Of a stretch of DNA of 20,000 bases, positions 6,835 to 13,803 are shown piece after piece (the stretch's first letter is position 1; each line of letters begins with the position of its first letter). The position numbers and the translations under genes were made by a program. The stretch comes from an uncultured virus (IMG/VR IMGVR_UViG_3300045953_000290). Its lineage: Duplodnaviria > Heunggongvirae > Uroviricota > Caudoviricetes. The stretch lies in the IMG/VR virus record IMGVR_UViG_3300045953_000290; one strand, given 5' to 3'. The notes below the pieces were generated by a model. That model searched no databases. It saw nothing but the letters and a program-made list of their open reading frames with translations, and was not told where the DNA came from.

Positions 6835-7270
6835 CGTGGCGTCCTCTCTCGTGCGCGGGATACCGCTCCATCTCGGTCTCTCCGTCCAGCAGGGTGACTG
6901 GTATCGTCTTGCCATGGCGCATCATCACATCCCAGACGGTCGCGTTATACAGCGTCACCGCGGTGTCCCGGTCGGCGCTGGCCGCCACCACCTGCCCGGC
7001 GACCGCGACACTGTATCGCTGGACCGTGCAGGCCTGGTACGCCGGCGTCTCGGGCGTCTCTGGCGTCTCTGGCGTCTCAGTGGTCAGGGCCTCCGTGACC
7101 AACCTGGCGATCTCGCCCAGCTCGGCGGCCGTAAACGGGGTCGCGTCCTGGCCGCGTGCCGCCATCTGCTCCAGGCGGTCGATCTGATTCCAGGTCGTCA
7201 TCGGGTTCGCCGGATCGTGGCGGCTGATAAACATTGCTACGGCTTGCTCGATGGTCGTGATCGCTTCCAT
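6740..7270 (-). CDS. Hypothetical protein, first gene of the accessory operon, with (ETP)4 linker
   Basis: RBS AGGAG; 9-bp repeat GGCGTCTCN x4 at 7044-7079; 3' end overlaps the next gene by about 95 bp. Confidence 0.65.
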   Translation of the reverse strand: MEAITTIEQAVAMFISRHDPANPMTTWNQIDRLEQMAARGQDATPFTAAELGEIARLVTEALTTETPETPETPETPAYQACTVQRYSVAVAGQVVAASADRDTAVTLYNATVWDVMMRHGKTIPVTLLDGETEMERYPAHERGRHDDAGRDGAAVAGAGRLCRPAAGDQRAASAAQ

Positions 7271-7324
7271 GGTCGTCTCTCCTGCTCGGGGTGGTCTCGG
7301 TGGTCATCGCCGTGTCATGCGTAT

Positions 7325-7443
7325 AATATACCTCGTTCGAGGTAGGTTGTCAAGAGTGGATAAAATAAAAAATGAGGTAATGTAATTTTTTTAGACCTTG
7401 CTATAATTACTCAGTATACAATATATCTACCTCTATGGAGATA
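7325..7443. promoter_or_regulatory. Second divergent promoter/operator region
   Basis: Leftward TTGACA(7353-7348)-17-TATATT(7330-7325) enclosing palindrome TACCTC-GTTC-GAGGTA (7329-7344); rightward extended -10 TGCTATAAT (7399-7407); second site TACCTC-TATG-GAGATA (7428-7443); strongly AT-rich. Confidence 0.85.
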
Positions 7444-7449
7444 TCAAAT

Positions 7450-7767
7450 ATGCCGCGAGCACCGCAGTCACAACCGACCACCCAGGATCAGCTCCTGGCG
7501 TCCAGGCTGGAAAATCTGTTGCATCGGCGGGATCTGAGTCCGTTGCACGTGGCCCGCCTGGCCGATGTGCCCTTATCGGTGGTGCAACGGCTCCTCAATA
7601 GTCAATCCAGGCAGCCATCGTTGTGGACGCTGGTGCGTCTGGCTGATGTGCTGGCGGTCTCGGTGGATTACCTTGCGGGGAGAACGGACGACGAACACCC
7701 CCCACGCCGCATTCGAGGGCCGAAGCGCCGCCCGGCGCCCGCCGACGAGGACGGGGAAGCGGCTTGA
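7450..7767 (+). CDS. XRE-family HTH regulator
   Basis: LASRLENLL...PSLWTLVRLADVLAVSVDYLAGRTD is a classic XRE end motif; ATG 7450 after GGAG. Confidence 0.88.
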   Translation: MPRAPQSQPTTQDQLLASRLENLLHRRDLSPLHVARLADVPLSVVQRLLNSQSRQPSLWTLVRLADVLAVSVDYLAGRTDDEHPPRRIRGPKRRPAPADEDGEAA

Positions 7768-7793
7768 CGCCGCGCCGCCGGCGGTGCTAGGCT
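7764..7793 (+). promoter_or_regulatory. Putative sigma70-type promoter for the terminase genes
   Basis: TTGACG-18-TAGGCT with TG extended -10. Confidence 0.45.
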
Positions 7794-7832
7794 GAGATAG
7801 CCAACAATAGCCATATTTGCCCACGAGGCCGT

Positions 7833-8093
7833 ATGCCACGAGGCGGATCGAAACCGGGCGAACGCCGCGGCGGTCGCAAGCCCGGCAGCCGCAACAAAGC
7901 CACCGCCGGCATCCGCGAGATTGCCCGCAGCTTCGTCGATGACCCCGACTACCGGGCGGCGCTCAAGGTGCGCCTGGAAACGGGCACCGCCGGCAGTATG
8001 GAAGCCACGCTCTGGGCCTACGGCTATGGCCGCCCCGCGGTGGACGCCAGCGGCGAGGGACAGACCCCCACGGCCATCACCATTCACTTTTAG
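7833..8093 (+). CDS. Terminase small subunit (probable)
   Basis: MPRGGSKPGERRGGRKPGSRNKAT N-terminus, YGYGRP motif, C-terminal beta-strand ITIHF; directly upstream of the large subunit. Confidence 0.75.
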   Translation: MPRGGSKPGERRGGRKPGSRNKATAGIREIARSFVDDPDYRAALKVRLETGTAGSMEATLWAYGYGRPAVDASGEGQTPTAITIHF

Positions 8094-8105
8094 CGAGGGC
8101 TCCCG

Positions 8106-9416
8106 ATGCCCGCTGCGAAGGTCCGCCGCCTCACGGTCCACTTCCCCCCGCTGCGTCCGGTGCAGCGCGAGCTGTTTGACGCCCGCAAGCGCTTCAACGT
8201 CTGGACCTGCCATCGCCGCATGGGCAAAACGACCCTCGCCCTGTATACCCTGATCCACGATGCCTACGCCTGTCCGCTGCCGGCCCCGCGCTATGCCTAC
8301 ATCGCGCCGCTCTTCCGCCAGGCCAAGTCGATTGCCTGGGATCTGCTGCGGCGGCTCCTGACCCCACTGCCTGGCGTGAAGTTCACCGAGGCGGAGTTGC
8401 GCGTGGACCTGCATACCGGTGCCCGCCTGCAGCTCTTTGGCGCGGATAGCCCGGACACGTTGCGCGGACTCTATTTTGATGGCGTCGTGCTCGACGAAGC
8501 CGCCCAGATGCGCCCGCGCCTGTGGCCGGAAATCGTCCGCCCCGCCCTGGCCGACCGGCAGGGCTGGGCCATCCACATCAGCACGCCGCTGGGGCACAAT
8601 GCCTTCTACGATCTGTACCAGCAAGCGCTGACTGATCCCCTCTGGCATACCGCCCTGTACCGGGCGTCGGAGACGGGGATCGTTCCTGAGTCGGAACTGG
8701 CGTCCGCTCGTGCCGTCATGGCCCCGGAACAGTACGCCCAGGAATTCGAGGTGTCCTTCGAGAGCGCCCTGATCGGCTCCTACTACGGCAGCTATCTGGA
8801 GACCGCCACGAAGGAAGGCCGCCTTGGCCACGTGCCCTGGCAGTCCCACCTGCCGGTGCATACGGCGTGGGACTTAGGGGTGAGTGATGCGACGGCCATC
8901 TGGTTCATTCAGCCGGTGGGGACGGCGCTGCACGTGATTGATTACCTCGAAGCCACCGATCACGGGATTGAGTGGTACGCCCGCGCCCTCAAGGAGAAAC
9001 CGTATGTGTACGGGCGGCATTACTTCCCGCACGACATTGCGGCGCGGGACTGGTCCCAGGACGGCCGCACGCGCTTACAGATTGCCGAGAGCCTGGGGCT
9101 CACGCCCGCCGTGGTCGTGCCGCAGGGTGCGGTGGCCAATGGGATTCAGGCCGTGCGGACGCTTCTGCCGCGCTGCTGGTTCGATACGGGGCGCTGTCAC
9201 GAGGGCCTGGAAGCGCTCAAGGCGTACCGCCGCGAATGGGACGAACAGCACCACGCCTGGAAGAACCACCCCCTGCATGACTTTGCCTGCCACGCCGCGG
9301 ACGCTCTGCGCACCTTCGCCATGGGCTATGCGGAGGAGCGGCAGCCGCTGCGCCAGACGGTGCAGGTGACGGCAGGGCGGGGGGGTGGGGGATGGCGCGA
9401 GACGTTTAGCGGCTAG
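8106..9416 (+). CDS. terL: Terminase large subunit
   Basis: Walker A HRRMGKT, YIAP..RQAK, LRG, Walker B VVLDEA, ISTP.G, nuclease WDLG..D and H..DALR. Confidence 0.97.
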   Translation: MPAAKVRRLTVHFPPLRPVQRELFDARKRFNVWTCHRRMGKTTLALYTLIHDAYACPLPAPRYAYIAPLFRQAKSIAWDLLRRLLTPLPGVKFTEAELRVDLHTGARLQLFGADSPDTLRGLYFDGVVLDEAAQMRPRLWPEIVRPALADRQGWAIHISTPLGHNAFYDLYQQALTDPLWHTALYRASETGIVPESELASARAVMAPEQYAQEFEVSFESALIGSYYGSYLETATKEGRLGHVPWQSHLPVHTAWDLGVSDATAIWFIQPVGTALHVIDYLEATDHGIEWYARALKEKPYVYGRHYFPHDIAARDWSQDGRTRLQIAESLGLTPAVVVPQGAVANGIQAVRTLLPRCWFDTGRCHEGLEALKAYRREWDEQHHAWKNHPLHDFACHAADALRTFAMGYAEERQPLRQTVQVTAGRGGGGWRETFSG

Positions 9417-9418
9417 GC

Positions 9419-9447
9419 TTGACACCCCCCATGGCGCGTTGTACCCT
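9419..9447 (+). promoter_or_regulatory. Putative sigma70-type promoter
   Basis: TTGACA-17-TACCCT at the start of a 155-bp intergenic gap. Confidence 0.5.
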
Positions 9448-9571
9448 CGCAGCAGCCGGGCGCTGAGAGCCTGCCCCGTACCGCGATACGGGGCCATCCA
9501 TGGTCAACCGCGGGGAAGAAGCGCAGTTCCTCCGAGTGTCCGGCATCCCCTGCCACCAGGAGGACCCTCCC

Positions 9572-9739
9572 ATGCCTGCTAAATCTCGGAAACAACAACA
9601 ACTCATGGGCTCTGACCTGGCCCGGGCCCGCAAGGGCCAGAAAACGGTGACCGGCATGAGCGTGGATCAACTCGAAGACTATGCCGCGACGCCGCACAAA
9701 GGCTTGCCCACCCGGGTCAAGAAAGGGAAAAAAGCATGA
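9572..9739 (+). CDS. Small basic protein, DUF3008-like
   Basis: MPAKSRKQQQLMG...MSVDQLEDYAATPHKGLP resembles the DUF3008 pattern from memory; ATG 9572 after AGGAGG. Confidence 0.7.
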   Translation: MPAKSRKQQQLMGSDLARARKGQKTVTGMSVDQLEDYAATPHKGLPTRVKKGKKA

Positions 9740-10122
9740 ACGTCACCGAGACGCCTCCTGCCCCGTTGATCGTTGCCGATCCCGTGCTCATGGAGACGCT
9801 CGCCCAGCTCGATCAGGACGTGAGCGGTGAGGCGAAATTCTGCGCCCAGGCTGCCGACAGCTTGCGCGCCTTCCAGGCCCGCTGGACCAATGACCTTGCC
9901 GTCCAGGATGCGTATGGCCATGCCATCCTGGCGCTTGACACCATGGCGTCCGTGCTCAGCGGGCTGCTCACGCGCCAGACGCAGGCGCTCACGCAGGAGG
10001 CCGTCACCGCGGCCACGCAGGCGCACGCGGCGGCGGCTGCCGCGGGGGCCCGCACGCAGGCCATTGCCTGGGCGGAGACCCCCCCACCGCCACCGGCTGA
10101 CCCGGTGGAGACTGGGGTGTAG
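9736..10122 (+). CDS. Hypothetical helical protein
   Basis: ATGA overlap with upstream gene, ends 3 bp before the portal. Confidence 0.65.
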   Translation: MNVTETPPAPLIVADPVLMETLAQLDQDVSGEAKFCAQAADSLRAFQARWTNDLAVQDAYGHAILALDTMASVLSGLLTRQTQALTQEAVTAATQAHAAAAAAGARTQAIAWAETPPPPPADPVETGV

Positions 10123-10125
10123 TCC

Positions 10126-12162
10126 ATGGCCGAGCCCGACGCCCCTTCCGGCGCTGCGGCGGCGGACCGCCAGGCGCAAGCCCGCGACCGCGAGGCCCTG
10201 TTGCGCGTGGCCCGCGCCCGCTTTCGCACCGCAGAACAGGCCGACGCCACCTGGCGCGCCCAGGCGCGGGATGATTTCGCCTTCCTCGCTGGCCAGCAGT
10301 GGCCTGACGCCGTGGAAGCGCAGCGCACCGCCGATGGCCGGCCGTGCCTCACCATCAACCAGCTGCCACAGTTTGTCCGCCAGGTGGTCAACGAAGAGCG
10401 CCAGAACCGGCCCTCTATCACCGTGCAGCCGGTGGACGATCAGGCCGACGTCGCCACCGCGGAGGTGATCGAAGGCTTGATCCGCCAGATCCAGAACGCC
10501 TCCAACGCCGATATTGCCTACGATACCGCCGCCGACTCCGTAGCCGCCTGTGGACTGGGCTACCTGCGGGTCAACGTCCGCTACGTGGCCCCCATGAGCT
10601 TTGATCAGGAACCCACCATTGAGCGCGTGCTCAACCCCTTAAGTGTCTACCTCGATCCCACCAGTACCGAGCCCACCGGCGCCGATGCCAACTGGGCGTT
10701 TCTCGTGCAGGTCCTGGCGAAAGATGTCTACGAAGCGCAGTACGGCCGGTTGCCTGCCGAGGCCAGCGCCTGGGAAACCACCGGGGATGCGTGGATTACC
10801 CCGGACACGGTCCGGGTGGCGGAGTATTACTGGCGCGAGTGGGAGTCCGTTCGCCTGGCCTTGCTCGCCGATGGCACGGTGCAGCGCCTGGACCAGCTGC
10901 CGGAGGGCGCCCCCGTCGTGCAGACCCGCACGGCGCAGATCCCCAGCGTGCACTGGGCCACCATCTGCGGCTATCAGGTGCTGGAGCAGACGCGCTGGCT
11001 GGGCTCGTCGCTGCCGCTGGTGCGGGTGACCGGCGAAGAACGCCTGACCGACGAGGGCCAGCTCGACTATACCGGGGTGGTGCGCCACGCCAAGGACTCG
11101 CAGTACGCGTATGATCTGTGGGCCTCAGCCGAAGCGGAAATGATCGCGCTGGCGCCCAAGGCGCCCTTCATTTTGGCCGAAGGGCAAATCGAGGGCTATG
11201 ACCAGTGGTGGGACACGGCCAACACCCGCAATCATGCCTATCTGCCCTATAAACCGCTGACGATTGGCGGGGTGGCGGTGCCGCCGCCGCAGCGCCAGAC
11301 CCTGGAACCCCCGGTGCAGGCGATTGCCCAGGCACGGCTGCTGGCGGCGCAGGACCTCTCGACCACCACCGGGATCTATCAGCCGCAGCTCGGGCAGCAG
11401 GGCCCGCCGGGCGAAGCCGCCAGCACCGTCTATCAGCAACGCACCCAGGGACAGCTCGGGCAGTTTCACTATCTCGATAATTTGCGCCGGAGTGTGCGGC
11501 GTGTCGGGCAGATTCTGGTGGAGTTGATCCCGAAACTCTACGACGGGCAGCGGGCGCTGCGGATTATCGGCGCCGACGACACGCTGAAGCAGGTGATCGT
11601 TGGCGCAAGCTACGTCGATCCGGTGAGCGGGCTGCCGACGCTGTATGACCTCACCGTAGGCCGGTACGATGTGGTGGTGTCCGCCGGGCCAGGCTATGCC
11701 ACGAAGCGCCAGGAAGCGGTGGGCGTGCTGATGCAGCTGACGCAGGCGCTGCCGCAGGTGATGCAGTATACGGCGGACGTGCTGATCAAAAACCTCGACA
11801 TGCCGGGCGGGCAGGCGCTGGCGGAGCGCCTCCAGAAGCTGCTGCCGCCGGAGCTGCAAGAGGGCAAGGAGGGCCAGCCGTCGCAGGCGCAGCAGATCCA
11901 GCAGTTGCAACAGGCGGTGCAGCAGATGACCGGGCAACTGGAAGCGCTCAACGCCTACGCGAAGCAGGCCGAGGCCGCCATGCAGGAGCTCACGCAGCGC
12001 AACAACGAGCTCGAATTGCAGGTGAAGGACAAGACGGAAGCCAACGCGCTCAAGGCCCGCGAATTGGAGATCGAGCGCGAGTACAATGTGTGGCAGATCA
12101 GCGTCAAGGAGCAGGAGCTGGCGCTGAAAGCGCAGGACGCCCGCAACGGGCAGGAGGGCTAG
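10126..12162 (+). CDS. Portal protein, P22-like
   Basis: DD..F..GQQWP...GRPCLTINQL, G.YDVVV..GP.YATKRQEA motifs, C-terminal coiled-coil barrel; 678 aa after terminase. Confidence 0.93.
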   Translation: MAEPDAPSGAAAADRQAQARDREALLRVARARFRTAEQADATWRAQARDDFAFLAGQQWPDAVEAQRTADGRPCLTINQLPQFVRQVVNEERQNRPSITVQPVDDQADVATAEVIEGLIRQIQNASNADIAYDTAADSVAACGLGYLRVNVRYVAPMSFDQEPTIERVLNPLSVYLDPTSTEPTGADANWAFLVQVLAKDVYEAQYGRLPAEASAWETTGDAWITPDTVRVAEYYWREWESVRLALLADGTVQRLDQLPEGAPVVQTRTAQIPSVHWATICGYQVLEQTRWLGSSLPLVRVTGEERLTDEGQLDYTGVVRHAKDSQYAYDLWASAEAEMIALAPKAPFILAEGQIEGYDQWWDTANTRNHAYLPYKPLTIGGVAVPPPQRQTLEPPVQAIAQARLLAAQDLSTTTGIYQPQLGQQGPPGEAASTVYQQRTQGQLGQFHYLDNLRRSVRRVGQILVELIPKLYDGQRALRIIGADDTLKQVIVGASYVDPVSGLPTLYDLTVGRYDVVVSAGPGYATKRQEAVGVLMQLTQALPQVMQYTADVLIKNLDMPGGQALAERLQKLLPPELQEGKEGQPSQAQQIQQLQQAVQQMTGQLEALNAYAKQAEAAMQELTQRNNELELQVKDKTEANALKARELEIEREYNVWQISVKEQELALKAQDARNGQEG

Positions 12163-12165
12163 GGG

Positions 12166-12393
12166 ATGCTCCCTGGCGAATATCGCGAACAGATGGCCTA
12201 CGATGTGCAGCATGGCTGCCTCATCGCCAGTGCGACGTACTGGCCCGCCCCGGGGCGGCTGTGTCCTGCCTATCAGGCGCATGAGGTGTTGGCGGACTGG
12301 CAGGCCGACGATCCGGCGTACTGGGCGCAGGCGCTGGCACGATGCCGGGCGGCCCTGTGGGAGACGGTGGCGACGCAAGCCCTCCGCAACTGA
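12166..12393 (+). CDS. Hypothetical protein (75 aa)
   Basis: Starts 3 bp after the portal stop, GGAGGG upstream. Confidence 0.5.
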   Translation: MLPGEYREQMAYDVQHGCLIASATYWPAPGRLCPAYQAHEVLADWQADDPAYWAQALARCRAALWETVATQALRN

Positions 12394-12412
12394 GACGAGG
12401 GAGGAGGGCCGT

Positions 12413-12598
12413 ATGCTCCTGTGGCTGGGGGACTGGCTGGGGTGGCTGGGATGGTATGCCCTGGTGCTGGGCGGCTGGTGGGGCTGGTGGCGGGCGCATC
12501 AGCGGGCGACGCGGCTCGACCGCGAGCTGACGCGGATGGCGCACAGCCTGCGGTATCCCGACCGCAGCACGGGGCAGGCGGACCGGCCAAAGGCTTGA
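12413..12598 (+). CDS. Trp/Gly-rich small membrane protein (61 aa)
   Basis: ATG 12413 after GGAGGAGGG; MLLWLGDWLGWLGWYALVLGGWWGWW followed by a basic tail. Confidence 0.55.
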   Translation: MLLWLGDWLGWLGWYALVLGGWWGWWRAHQRATRLDRELTRMAHSLRYPDRSTGQADRPKA

Positions 12599-12684
12599 CA
12601 AGTGGCGGAGGGTATTGTCTACTTAGCCCCACAACTTTCTGTGCTCCCGACGCCTAGCTAGCGTGGGCTGAGCACACACCCTGC

Positions 12685-12724
12685 AAGGGCCAACGGTACC
12701 GGTACTGCCGTTGGCCCTTTTTTT
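12685..12724 (+). terminator. Intrinsic terminator upstream of the scaffold gene
   Basis: AAGGGCCAACGGTA-loop-TGCCGTTGGCCCTT stem with a run of 7 T (12718-12724). Confidence 0.8.
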
Positions 12725-12798
12725 GTGCTCGCAAGCGCAGAAGCCCGTCCGCCTGGCGGGTCATCCAGGCGGCCCACGCCTCGTAGGAGCGTTATCCT

Positions 12799-13782
12799 AT
12801 GCCGATCACCGTCACCGAACCCGGCCCCGATGGCACGCCGCAGATCGTGGCGGAGCCGTCCCCCGACCCGGCTGCGCCCCCTCCTGGTGAGGCGGGCTCG
12901 CCTGGCGCGTCAGCCCCGCCCGATCCATCACCGGCTGCGCCTCCTCCTGGAGAGGAAGCACCTCCCGAGTCAGCCCCGGCCCGCCCTGGAGACCCATCCA
13001 GGGACGTCCCAACAGAATCCCCGGAGGACGAGGACGACGAGGCGCCTGGTATCCCGAAAGGGGTGCAACGCCGCATTGACCGCTTGACGCGCCAGCGCGA
13101 GGAAGCGCGGCGGGAGAGTGCGGCCATCAAGGCCCGCCTGGAGATGCTCGAACAGGGCTACCGCCGCCCACCGCAGGACCCGGCTCCCGTGCCCTTGCAC
13201 CAGCAACCGGAACCCCGCGAAGAGGACTATCCCTCGCAGCAGGAGTGGTTCAAAGCTGTGCGGGACTGGGACAAAGCCCAGCTCAAGGCCGAACTGGCCC
13301 GCGAGCAGTACGAAGCCCGGCAGCGTCAGGCCCAGGAAGCGCAGCAGGCCCGCTTGGTGGAGCAAGCCACCGCGGCGCGCCAGAAGTACGCCGATTTCGA
13401 CACGGTGCTCGACCGCTTGAGCACGATCGCGACCGCCCCGGCGCTGGATGCCTGCGTGCACGAGAGTGACGTAGGGGCTGAACTCGCCTACTACCTGGCG
13501 CAGCACCCCGAGGAGATCACGCGCTTAAACGACGTGGCGCGCCATGGCCCGCGGGCCATGGCGCGCGAGATCGGCAAGCTCGAAGCGCGGCTCACCAGTC
13601 CGAGCAACGGCACCAGTCGTCCGACCCCTCCGACCCCCAAACCTGCCCCCCCGACGCCCTTGAGTGGCGCCGGCAGTCCGGGCACGCGACTCCTGACGGA
13701 CATGAGCGAGGAGGAAATCAGCGCCATGTCGCAGCGGGAATTTGAGGTGCTCTATAAGAGCCAGTTCCCGGGGTCGCGCTAG
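12799..13782 (+). CDS. Scaffolding protein
   Basis: Pro/acidic N-terminus, GVQRRIDRLTRQREEARRE coiled coil, ELAYYLAQHPEE..R...AREIGKLEARL; located between portal and coat; RBS AGGAG. Confidence 0.85.
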   Translation: MPITVTEPGPDGTPQIVAEPSPDPAAPPPGEAGSPGASAPPDPSPAAPPPGEEAPPESAPARPGDPSRDVPTESPEDEDDEAPGIPKGVQRRIDRLTRQREEARRESAAIKARLEMLEQGYRRPPQDPAPVPLHQQPEPREEDYPSQQEWFKAVRDWDKAQLKAELAREQYEARQRQAQEAQQARLVEQATAARQKYADFDTVLDRLSTIATAPALDACVHESDVGAELAYYLAQHPEEITRLNDVARHGPRAMAREIGKLEARLTSPSNGTSRPTPPTPKPAPPTPLSGAGSPGTRLLTDMSEEEISAMSQREFEVLYKSQFPGSR

Positions 13783-13803
13783 GAGGATGAGGAGAGTGTC
13801 ACC

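Noticed and set aside
7329..7344. GTTCGA as a tRNA T-loop or LexA box
   Set aside because: No cloverleaf can be built and only half of a CGAAC-N4-GTTCG box is present; better explained as the centre of the operator.
12470..12495. Two GCTGGTGG Chi-like octamers
   Set aside because: Explained by Gly-Trp-Trp codons; host unknown, so E. coli Chi has no support.
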